47,081 bases of DNA from Minisyncoccota bacterium. Its GTDB lineage: Bacteria; Patescibacteriota; Minisyncoccia; Phycocordibacterales; SBAW01. Made by a program: the position numbers and the translations under genes. This document shows, in pieces, positions 18,491 through 25,575 of this stretch. Position 1 is the stretch's first letter. Each line of letters begins with the position of its first letter. Under the pieces are notes generated by a model, which was not told the origin of the DNA, did not search any database, and worked only from the letters and a program-made list of their open reading frames with translations. The stretch lies in the NCBI GenBank assembly GCA_035546575.1, contig DASZWN010000001.1, forward strand, positions 1 through 47,081, read 5' to 3'.

Positions 18491-18937
18491 CTAGAAGGGT
18501 ATGTCGTCAGGGTTAATATCCTCTTGCGGGTAGTCAATTGCATCTTCCTTTGCCGCCTTCTGTGGCGCCTCGGCATCAGACATCGTGTCGCGTGGAGCGC
18601 TTGCTCCTGCGCCGCCGGAGCGGGCGCCAAACTCAATGCGGTCTGCAATAATCTCAGTGCGATACTGCTTGCCCTTCTCTGGAGAGTCCCAGCTGCGGGT
18701 CTGGATACGACCCTCGACGATCGCTGAGCTCCCTTTCTTAAGGTATTGCGCGGTAGTCTCTGCTTGCCGGCCAAATACGACGATGTTATGAAACTCCACT
18801 TGCTCCTGCTTTTGGCCATCTTTGTCGCGCCATACGCGGTTAGTAGCAAGACCAAACGATGCAACCTGACCGCCAGATGGCAGAGTCTTGAGCTCTGGGT
18901 CGCGAGTTAAGTTGCCGTACAAAATTACCTTATTCAT
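18491..18937 (-). CDS. ssb: Single-stranded DNA-binding protein
   Basis: 148 aa: OB fold (MNKVILYGNLTRDPELKTLPSGGQVASFGLATNR), a Gly/Ala-rich linker and the C-terminal acidic tip DDIPF. Confidence 0.96.
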   Translation of the reverse strand: MNKVILYGNLTRDPELKTLPSGGQVASFGLATNRVWRDKDGQKQEQVEFHNIVVFGRQAETTAQYLKKGSSAIVEGRIQTRSWDSPEKGKQYRTEIIADRIEFGARSGGAGASAPRDTMSDAEAPQKAAKEDAIDYPQEDINPDDIPF

Positions 18938-18938
18938 A

Positions 18939-19463
18939 TTATTTCTCCTCCACTACAAGTGCGTCGATGCTCTTGTCGAGCTCTGCCTCCGAAACCACGC
19001 CTCCCTCTTCAGGAGCGCCTGCAGGCTTCTTTAGTGTCTCACCTTCGAGGCGATTCGATGAGAATATTGCGCGGCGCGGTGTAACTTCAGCAATCGAGCT
19101 CTGCACCAAAAGATAGCGGAGTATCTCGTGTGTTGTGCGCAATACAGTCTCGAGCGCTGGGATAGATTCGCGATCCTCTACAGCGAATTTGATCCAGCCA
19201 AAGTATGCCTCGTTGTACTTTTCACGTTTGCCGGTGGTAGAACGCTCTACGGTGTAAGCAAGGTTTGTTTTTACTGGAAATTGCTCGCCTATGACTGACG
19301 CTTTAGCTGCATCAATGACTTTGCGGATTTTCTCAACCACATCGCCTATTTTTGCCTCCTCTACCGTAGGTACGACATGAAACCCGACCTCGTATATGAG
19401 GCGGGAGTCTTTAGGAGCCGCTTGGGATGAGGTCTCCGGGGAGACCTGCGACATTTCTGCCAT
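18939..19463 (-). CDS. rpsF: 30S ribosomal protein S6 (with N- and C-terminal extensions)
   Basis: S6 core (YEVGFHVVP...NLAYTVE...AYFGWIKFAV...LRYLLV) in the canonical rpsF-ssb-rpsR order. Confidence 0.85.
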   Translation of the reverse strand: MAEMSQVSPETSSQAAPKDSRLIYEVGFHVVPTVEEAKIGDVVEKIRKVIDAAKASVIGEQFPVKTNLAYTVERSTTGKREKYNEAYFGWIKFAVEDRESIPALETVLRTTHEILRYLLVQSSIAEVTPRRAIFSSNRLEGETLKKPAGAPEEGGVVSEAELDKSIDALVVEEK

Positions 19464-19487
19464 GCGGGCACTATAGCACAGGGTTTT

Positions 19488-20270
19488 CTACCCTGCAATA
19501 TCAAAGAGTTTTTGGCTGTTTTTGACTATCTGAGTGGCCATTTCTCCTGCTGACACATTTTTTATCAAAGCAATTTTCTTAACTACGCCCTCTACATACG
19601 CAGGCTCATTGCGCTGGCCGCGGTGCGGTACGGGTGCGGCAAACGGTGAGTCGGTTTCTGCTAAAATCCTCTCAAGCGGAGCGACTTTGATAGAGTCGTC
19701 GTACATGTCGGTATACGTAATTGGCCCGGGGAACGAAAGATAGCAGCCGAGGTCGAGGTATTTCTGCGCCAACTCCCCCGAGACCGTACAAAAATGTATA
19801 ACCGCCCGCAGCTTTTCATTCTTAAATTCTTGAGAATATGAGAATAGGATCTCAAGCATGTCGTCATGAGCGTTGCGGCAGTGGATTATCAGTGGCTTCC
19901 CAACCTTAATCGCCAGCTCGATTTGTTTCTCAAATCTAGCTTTTTGCGCAGACTGCTCCTCCGGCGTGCCGCCGCTCCTAAAGTAGTCGAGCCCGCACTC
20001 GCCTATTGCAACTACTTTTGGGTGCTTTGCCAGCTCCTCAAATGCCGCTATATCAAATTCCTCTTTTGGGCTGTCGTTGGGGTGCAAGCCAACCGCAGCC
20101 CATAAAAACTCATAGCCGGCGGCCAACTCGACCGCGCCGCGGCTGGTTGCCAGGTCAACGCCAATCACGATGCTGCCGACTCCCCCCTGTTGCATACGTT
20201 CAAGCACTTCTGCTCTATCCGCATCAAATTGCGAGAGCTGCAAATGAGAATGTGCGTCAAACAACTGCAT
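19488..20270 (-). CDS. tatD: TatD-family metal-dependent hydrolase/DNase
   Basis: MQLFDAHSHLQ... with downstream GECGLDY, IIHCR and ETDSPF motifs. The ATG at 20270 is preferred over the TTG-opened extension to 20285. Confidence 0.9.
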   Translation of the reverse strand: MQLFDAHSHLQLSQFDADRAEVLERMQQGGVGSIVIGVDLATSRGAVELAAGYEFLWAAVGLHPNDSPKEEFDIAAFEELAKHPKVVAIGECGLDYFRSGGTPEEQSAQKARFEKQIELAIKVGKPLIIHCRNAHDDMLEILFSYSQEFKNEKLRAVIHFCTVSGELAQKYLDLGCYLSFPGPITYTDMYDDSIKVAPLERILAETDSPFAAPVPHRGQRNEPAYVEGVVKKIALIKNVSAGEMATQIVKNSQKLFDIAG

Positions 20271-20271
20271 G

Positions 20272-20733
20272 TTATTTAGACTCAAAATATTTCAGAGCTG
20301 CCAGCGCGTACAAACGAACCCCTTCTCGTATTTCTGAGTTATTTGATTGAATCTCTTCTTTAGAAACCCATTTCATTGCAACACCATCTTCAGGATTCAG
20401 ATCTCCTCCAACAACAAGGCCAAAATAAATAAAATCCACGTGCTCATGCGTGTCGTTGATATGATGCCGGTTAATAAACATAGGCGGAGTAAGATCTTTC
20501 GAATCGTCTTGTAGCGACACGTCCAGTGTCGGATTTCCGACCAGAGTAATGTCAAAGCCGCTCTCCTCTTTTGCTTCTCTGACCGCCGCGATGGTTGGGT
20601 CTTCGTCCAGCTCGATATGACCCCCGGGTGGCAGCCATATGCCGAGCTTTTTGTGTTTATGCAGAAGCACTTTTCCTTCGCATACGATATATACGCTTGT
20701 CGTAAAGTCTATTTTTTCGTGTATATGCGCCAT
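20272..20733 (-). CDS. NUDIX hydrolase
   Basis: 153 aa with a Nudix box GGHIELDEDPTIAAVREAKEESG. Confidence 0.9.
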   Translation of the reverse strand: MAHIHEKIDFTTSVYIVCEGKVLLHKHKKLGIWLPPGGHIELDEDPTIAAVREAKEESGFDITLVGNPTLDVSLQDDSKDLTPPMFINRHHINDTHEHVDFIYFGLVVGGDLNPEDGVAMKWVSKEEIQSNNSEIREGVRLYALAALKYFESK

Positions 20734-20735
20734 GC

Positions 20736-22172
20736 TCAGTCTTTGCGCGGGAAAAGATTCTCCGGTTTTTTATTAGCTACGATTGCTTCTTTAAGGATAC
20801 GATTAGTCTCGGGCATAAACGGGTTGAGCATGCGGACGATTATATACAGCTCCTGTGTGAGCGCAAAAATAAGCTTCTTCCCCTCTTCGGGCTTATCTTT
20901 TACTACCTTAAATGGTTGCGTGTCGGTAATCTGCTGATCAAGCAGTTTGATACGCTCCCAGACAAAGTCGAGTGCGCGATTACTCTCGAACTTTTCGAGA
21001 GCCTCGGTATATTGCTTAGGAAACCCTACCGCCTCGGGTCGTGTACCTTCCCCAAGATGCGTCTGCGCAAGCTGCATGATACGTGCAGCCAAATTGCCGA
21101 TACCGTTGGCTAGGTCGGCATTGTAGGCAGCCTTAAAGCGCTCCATCGTAAAGTCGCTGTCATCAAACGGGTGTATGTGGCGCAGCAGGAAGTAACGCAA
21201 TGCGTCGATACCATACTCCTCGACAATTGCGAGCGGGTCGATAACATTGCCGAGCGATTTGCTCATCTTTTGTCCGCCGCTGGTGATAAAGCCGTGGTAG
21301 AGTACACGCCCTGTCTGTGGCAGCTCGGCCGACATAAGCATTGCCTGCCACATAACAGACTGGAATCGCACCTGATCTTTACCTGCTATCTGGAGCGTCT
21401 CACCGTCTTTCCAAAACTTTTTAAATAGCCCGTCTGTATCCTCCGGCCACCCAAGAGTGGAGATGTAGTTGGTGAGCGCATCAAACCACACATACATCAC
21501 CTGCGTGTCGTCGTCTGGCACCGGCACACCCCAGCTCATGCGCGAGGTTTCCCGCGAAATACTAAAGTCTTCGAGCCCAGCCTCAACAAACGTAATAGCC
21601 TCTTCTCTGCGCCAATCCGGGATAATAACGTCTTGTTTTTTGAGATAGTCGAGAACTTTGTCCTGATATGCGCTCAGTTTAAAAAAGTAGTTTTCCTCCT
21701 CGATCTCTACAGGAGTCAGGTTTGGGTGGTTGGGGCATCTGCCGTTTACCAAATCAGTTTCTTTAAGAAACATCTCATCACCCACGCAATACAGCCCCTT
21801 ATATTTCTTTTTATAAATATCACCCTTTGCAGCACAACGCTTCCATAGCTCTTGTGCTGCCGCCTTATGATGCGGGTTAGTGGTGCGGATAAAATGGAGG
21901 TCGCTATAGAGACCTAGTTTTTCTTTAAGCTCGCGGAATTTCGCTGCGTACTCGTCGACATAGCCTTGTGTCTCCTTCCCCTCCTCCGCAGCCTTCTGGA
22001 ATATTTTCTGGCCGTGCTCGTCGGTACCGGTGTTAAAAAAGACCTCTCTACCCATCAAAGTTTGGTAACGCACCAGCGCGTCCGCCTGTACCATCTCTAG
22101 CGCAAAGCCGATATGCGGCGCTGCATTTACGTACGGCAAGGTTGTCGTTAGGTAAAAAGGCTTTTTAGACAT
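20736..22172 (-). CDS. metG: Methionine--tRNA ligase (short form, no C-terminal tRNA-binding domain)
   Basis: MSKKPFYLTTTLPYVNAAPHIGFALE (HIGH-type motif) and KMSKSLGN. The start is set at the ATG at 22172. The ORF-track extension to 22325 overlaps the upstream gene and is not MetRS-like. Confidence 0.95.
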   Translation of the reverse strand: MSKKPFYLTTTLPYVNAAPHIGFALEMVQADALVRYQTLMGREVFFNTGTDEHGQKIFQKAAEEGKETQGYVDEYAAKFRELKEKLGLYSDLHFIRTTNPHHKAAAQELWKRCAAKGDIYKKKYKGLYCVGDEMFLKETDLVNGRCPNHPNLTPVEIEEENYFFKLSAYQDKVLDYLKKQDVIIPDWRREEAITFVEAGLEDFSISRETSRMSWGVPVPDDDTQVMYVWFDALTNYISTLGWPEDTDGLFKKFWKDGETLQIAGKDQVRFQSVMWQAMLMSAELPQTGRVLYHGFITSGGQKMSKSLGNVIDPLAIVEEYGIDALRYFLLRHIHPFDDSDFTMERFKAAYNADLANGIGNLAARIMQLAQTHLGEGTRPEAVGFPKQYTEALEKFESNRALDFVWERIKLLDQQITDTQPFKVVKDKPEEGKKLIFALTQELYIIVRMLNPFMPETNRILKEAIVANKKPENLFPRKD

Positions 22173-22182
22173 ATAGGTCAAC

Positions 22183-23250
22183 CTACCCCGCTGCCTTCTC
22201 CTGTGCAAGCTGGCGTGCCAGAGCGCGAGTCTTTTCTCGATCGACATCGGAGACAAACTCCTGTATTGCTCCCGCAATCGGCACCGAGAGGAGTACCCCG
22301 AGGAAGCCAAATAATTTAAAGCCAATGAGAAGCGCCAAAATAACCAAGAGCGGCGGCACGCCTACAACCTTTTTAACCACAACCGGATAGATGAGATGCG
22401 CCTCAAACTGCTGCACCAGCACGTAGAGGCCGACGACAAGCAGTGCCTCGGTAGCGCCGCCTGTACCAAAGGCGAGCGCAACAGCCGGGACCGCTGCGAT
22501 AAATTGCCCGAAGACCGGTATCAGCTCGCAGATGCCAGCGATAACCGCAAGCAAAAGCGCGTATGGCACGCCAAGGATCATAAGACCGAGATACAAGAGC
22601 ACTCCGACAATTACCGCGAGTATCAGTTGCCCTTGCATCCATTTGCCTATCTTTTCCTGGCTACGCTTCCAGAGGTGGAGTACGTAGGCCTGTTCCTTAA
22701 CTGGTGTTACCACGCGCAGGAAGTCATCGATACCTGTTTCTTGCACAGAAAAGTAGAACGAAAAGACGACAATAAGCACGAATGAAGTGACGCCGCCGAA
22801 TATTGCCGAGAGCGTGGTAAAGGCGCCACCAGTCGTGTCGGCAAGCGTTGACGAGAGATTTTTAAGGAGCTGCGCGGATGAAACCGTGTCGGCAACGCTC
22901 CCCCACGGCAAGAGCCCGTGTGTTGCGTCGGAGATATTGAGCGTGGTGAGAGTCTCGGGCAGTTTGTCGAGGAATGTAGCAGCGTCGGAGAGGACCGGCG
23001 GAATAAAGAGAAAGAGTACGGTAAACAAGACGGTGGCAACTCCCGCGTATATTGCGATAACACCCAAGAGACGGGGCACTCCGCGCCGCACAAATGCGTG
23101 TACTCCAGGCTCGATAGCTGAGGCGATAACCACAGCGGTAAGCACAATAAGCACCAAGTCGCGCAGATAAAAAACGAGTGCGGCAAGCACTATAACCAGC
23201 AGCGCCATAAAAAGGCTCGCTGGATTGATAGTGATGTTAAAATCCTTCAT
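22183..23250 (-). CDS. AI-2E family transporter (PerM/YhhT-like permease)
   Basis: 355 aa with about 8 TM helices and the family-typical C-terminal half (LILAVIVGVL...ELIPVFGQFIAAVPAVALAF...HLIYPVVVKKVVGVPPLLVILALLIG). Confidence 0.85.
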   Translation of the reverse strand: MKDFNITINPASLFMALLVIVLAALVFYLRDLVLIVLTAVVIASAIEPGVHAFVRRGVPRLLGVIAIYAGVATVLFTVLFLFIPPVLSDAATFLDKLPETLTTLNISDATHGLLPWGSVADTVSSAQLLKNLSSTLADTTGGAFTTLSAIFGGVTSFVLIVVFSFYFSVQETGIDDFLRVVTPVKEQAYVLHLWKRSQEKIGKWMQGQLILAVIVGVLLYLGLMILGVPYALLLAVIAGICELIPVFGQFIAAVPAVALAFGTGGATEALLVVGLYVLVQQFEAHLIYPVVVKKVVGVPPLLVILALLIGFKLFGFLGVLLSVPIAGAIQEFVSDVDREKTRALARQLAQEKAAG

Positions 23251-23259
23251 TCCCCTATC

Positions 23260-24081
23260 TTACACCCTTATCTTTTGTGATAGAAGCTTCGCGTTGCCTT
23301 GGCTGAGGAGACCTAGATACGAATTCCGAGTCGCTTCCGCTCTTTCTTGCCCTTTGCTCTCTTGCAATCGTTTAAACATTCTTCTCTTCGTGCTTGTGCG
23401 CAGCACGCGATGAGTTGGAAAATGCACCCAGCCAAGAAAGTCCACGCCAGAAGCAAAGGTTTTAATAAAAGTCTTATCCTGATGTAAAGTGAGTTTTAAT
23501 TGTTCTTTCAGAAACAGTTCCATATATGGAACTGTTTCTTGGAGCTCCTTTTTGTAATCAGACAGCAGCACAAAGTCATCCGCATACCGAATATAATACT
23601 TTGCCTTGAGTGTGTGCTTTACGAATTGGTCGAACTCGTTCATATAGATATTCACCAGAAGCTGTGACGTAAGATTGCCCAGCGGCAGGCCCACCTTCCC
23701 GCCAGCAAGGTTCGACCTTACTGAAAAGCTGCCGATGACTTGCCCTAGAAGCCAGAGAATGTCTTGGTCGGGTATGTACTTTTGTAGGATTTGGATAAGT
23801 ATGCCTTGGTCGATGCTCGCGAAGAACTTTTTGATGTCGCATTTGAGTACCCACACGGTACGGGTGTGGTTGCGCCCTCGCTTTCTCGCATATGCGAAAA
23901 ATTGAGTGAAGGCTTTGTGCGTGCCCTTCCCCACCCGGCAGGAGTAGGAGTCGGCAATAAAGGTGCGGCCAAAGAACGGATAGAGCTTGCGGTAGAGCGC
24001 ATGGTGTTGCCGGTCTTGGAGCGAGTCAAACAAGCCTATTTGCTCTGGCATGAGTACCATTCTACGCTGCCAAAAGTACAC
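23260..24081 (-). CDS. DGR-type reverse transcriptase (N-terminally short; possibly truncated)
   Basis: 273-aa ORF with RT motifs DRQHHAL, SYSCRVGKGTH, VLKCDIKKFFASID, the DGR-signature LPLGNLTSQLLVNIYMN (LGxxxSQ), and RYADDFVLL. The ORF opens with GTG. It has no convincing RBS, and upstream in frame there is only antisense avd sequence. Confidence 0.85.
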   Translation of the reverse strand: MYFWQRRMVLMPEQIGLFDSLQDRQHHALYRKLYPFFGRTFIADSYSCRVGKGTHKAFTQFFAYARKRGRNHTRTVWVLKCDIKKFFASIDQGILIQILQKYIPDQDILWLLGQVIGSFSVRSNLAGGKVGLPLGNLTSQLLVNIYMNEFDQFVKHTLKAKYYIRYADDFVLLSDYKKELQETVPYMELFLKEQLKLTLHQDKTFIKTFASGVDFLGWVHFPTHRVLRTSTKRRMFKRLQESKGQERAEATRNSYLGLLSQGNAKLLSQKIRV

Positions 24082-24378
24082 CGGTATACGATTGGAGAGA
24101 AAATTGACACCTTGTTTATTGAAATATTGGAGGCAATCTCAACAGCGGCATTTCTGTCGCGCGAAAAGAAAGTACCGTATATATTGCTTGGCTTACAAAA
24201 GCTTAATACGCTTACCTTATTACTCATGATTTTGTGGGAAACAAAGTCTCTGCGGGACAAAAGGTATATAGCTCTTTCGCTCCCACTCGATGAAATAGGA
24301 AGAATGCTCAATGGGTGGCAGGGTCAACTCCAAAAACAAAACTCCCCCGAAGCCGCGAGCCGGACGAGAGAGAAATGA
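24001..24378 (+). CDS. avd: Four-helix-bundle protein (23S rRNA IVS protein family; Avd-like DGR accessory protein)
   Basis: The C-terminal 126 aa of the 23791..24378 ORF are typical of the four-helix-bundle family to which Bordetella phage Avd belongs (VLERVKQAYLLWHEYHSTLPKVHRYTIGEKIDTLFIEILEAI...LQKLNTLTLLLMILWETKSL..KRYIALSLPLDEIGRMLNGWQ). The part upstream of 24001 is merely antisense to the RT gene. The start codon is uncertain. Confidence 0.75.
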   Translation: MVLPVLERVKQAYLLWHEYHSTLPKVHRYTIGEKIDTLFIEILEAISTAAFLSREKKVPYILLGLQKLNTLTLLLMILWETKSLRDKRYIALSLPLDEIGRMLNGWQGQLQKQNSPEAASRTREK

Positions 24379-24384
24379 AGAGAG

Positions 24385-24521
24385 TTGCGGAGACGGAACA
24401 CGACCGCGTTGTCGAGATTCCACTCGTTGTCCGGATTCGTCCAATTGGTGTTGAGCCACGGCTTGCCGTCATCGTTGTGCTTGACGTTGAACACGTTCGG
24501 GTTGCCATCGGAGTCGGTTAT
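24385..24521 (-). repeat. DGR template repeat (TR)
   Basis: 137 bp aligning without gaps to 24839-24975 (offset 454). In the VR reading frame it is rich in AAC/AAT codons (ITDSDGNPNVFNVKHNDDGKPWLNTNWTNPDNEWNLDNAVVFRLR). Confidence 0.9.
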
Positions 24522-24760
24522 GTACGAGGTGCCACCCGTACCACTGCCCCTTGAACACTCTTAGGACTGTATCTGATTCGACATCGTAATGCCTTAGCAC
24601 CTCGCACCAAGTATCTTCAATTTTTTGAAGTGTCTACATGCACCACTCTTTCTTCAACCACGGTCGAAGAAACTCTCGGCGCATGGATACTGGATTCGGC
24701 AGCGGACAGTCCTTGCCATCCGCATACTCGCCTACTACCAAGGTTAGTATATACGTAAAA

Positions 24761-24786
24761 TGGCCCCGCTCTTGCGAGCGGGGCCA
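24761..24786 (-). terminator. 11-bp GC-rich hairpin with a GCAA (GNRA) loop downstream of VR; target-gene terminator and/or DGR target-site hairpin
   Basis: TGGCCCCGCTC-ttgc-GAGCGGGGCCA on the plus strand. On the minus strand the loop is GCAA and the stem is followed by TTTTAC. It lies ~50 nt 3' of the VR end. Confidence 0.7.
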
Positions 24787-24834
24787 AAGGGTTAAGGGAC
24801 TAAGCGTGAGAGCTAAATCCCTAAGTGAGAAGGG

Positions 24835-25503
24835 CTACTTGCGGAGACGGAACACGACCGCGCCGTCGAGATCCCACCCGTTGTCCGGACCCGCCCAACT
24901 GGCGCCGAGCCACGGCCTGCCGCCATCGCTGCGCCCGACGCTGAACACGCTCGGGCGGCCACCGGAGTCGGTGATCTGCTTCATGGCGGTCCAGAAGTAA
25001 TCGCCGCGCAACTGGTCCTTGAGTTCCAGCCGGATAGCGGGTCCGTCGCCGGGCTCGCATAGGCTATGGCCGAGTTCGCGGATGCGCGCCCAGATTTGCG
25101 CGGTCGTCGGATTCTTGGTGAATCCGAGATCACGTATCGTGACGCGAGCGAACTTGACCGTCTCCTTCTTGCCGGGCTTCCAAGCGGGCTTGGACATGAT
25201 GTCCTTCGCCCAATCGGAAACAGAGCAGCCACTCGACTTGAGCTCCGCGAGGAGTTCGTCCTTCGACTTGCCGCCGACCTTGATCTCGAGATAGACCGGA
25301 AACACCGGTCCTCTCTGCGAGAACGTGCGGATGCCTTCGGCCAGGTACGCCGCAAAACCCTTGCTCTCGATCAGCAACTGCCCTGCCTCGTCGTCGAGGC
25401 CGGCCTTGTTGTACTGAGCGCGAAAAATCGCAACCGCTTCCTGCCCTTTGCGGCTATCAGCGGTCAGGGTGGTAGACGCTTTCAACGCTGTTCGCGTCGC
25501 CAT
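24835..25503 (-). CDS. DGR variable (target) protein with the VR in its C-terminal ~45 codons (C-type-lectin-like ending)
   Basis: The ATG at 25503 is preceded by AAGGAG; the TTG-opened ORF extends to 25521. The C-terminus is ...ITDSGGRPSVFSVGRSDGGRPWLGASWAGPDNGWDLDGAVVFRLRK*. No signal peptide is visible. The fold assignment is inferred from the W/G pattern and FRL ending common in DGR targets. Confidence 0.8.
   Translation of the reverse strand: MATRTALKASTTLTADSRKGQEAVAIFRAQYNKAGLDDEAGQLLIESKGFAAYLAEGIRTFSQRGPVFPVYLEIKVGGKSKDELLAELKSSGCSVSDWAKDIMSKPAWKPGKKETVKFARVTIRDLGFTKNPTTAQIWARIRELGHSLCEPGDGPAIRLELKDQLRGDYFWTAMKQITDSGGRPSVFSVGRSDGGRPWLGASWAGPDNGWDLDGAVVFRLRK
24839..24975 (-). repeat. 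DGR variable repeat (VR)
   Basis: 137 bp. By hand alignment there are 23 mismatches to TR, all at positions where TR (minus strand) has A. The last 24 nt at the 3' end are identical to TR, and homology stops 1 nt before the stop codon. Confidence 0.9.
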
Positions 25504-25575
25504 CGTCAGTCTCCTTCTCAAAGAGCCGATACGGAAAGCTCAGGCAGAATGCCCGGGTCCGTCAGCTACTTATAA

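Larger units (their letters stand above)
23260..25503 (-). mobile_element. Diversity-generating retroelement cassette (target gene with VR - spacer/hairpin - TR - inverted avd-like gene - RT)
   Basis: Combination of the component features listed below. See the findings for the TR/VR alignment. Confidence 0.88.

Noticed and set aside
22173-22325. 51-codon N-terminal extension of metG in the ORF track
   Set aside because: It overlaps the 3' end of the AI-2E permease gene, and its sequence (Arg/Ser-rich) is not MetRS-like. The canonical MetRS N-terminus begins at the ATG at 22172.
23791-24000. First 70 codons of the 195-aa plus-strand ORF
   Set aside because: This part is antisense to conserved RT motifs and shows no family resemblance. 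Only the portion from about 24001 matches the four-helix-bundle family.
23260-24081. The RT as a group II intron maturase or a retron RT
   Set aside because: It lacks an X/maturase or endonuclease domain. I noticed no intron domain V/VI-like RNA or msr/msd-like repeats nearby. Motif 4 is LGNLTSQ (DGR type) rather than the QG.P.SP type, and a TR/VR pair is present.
24308-24554. ORFs overlapping the template repeat (24308..24508 minus, 24315..24554 plus, 24220..24459 minus)
   Set aside because: They coincide with the non-coding TR. The similar peptides seen in ORFs over TR and VR (GQRVESRQRGRVPSPQ versus GQRVGSRRRGRVPSPQ) are out-of-frame echoes of the DNA repeat, not paralogous genes.
24385-24975. 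Alternative reading of the TR/VR pair as a gene fragment duplication degraded by G-to-A hypermutation or ordinary drift
   Set aside because: All 23 differences fall on A in one copy, including two A/C transversions. None occurs at other bases across 137 bp. The A-rich copy is non-coding and sits next to a DGR-type RT and an avd-like gene, and AAC codons dominate the variable sites. The transition bias is still flagged as a finding.
25019-25575. Plus-strand ORFs (91 and 169 aa) opposite the DGR target gene
   Set aside because: They are Arg-rich antisense shadows of a GC-rich gene. The minus-strand ORF has an RBS and carries the VR in frame.
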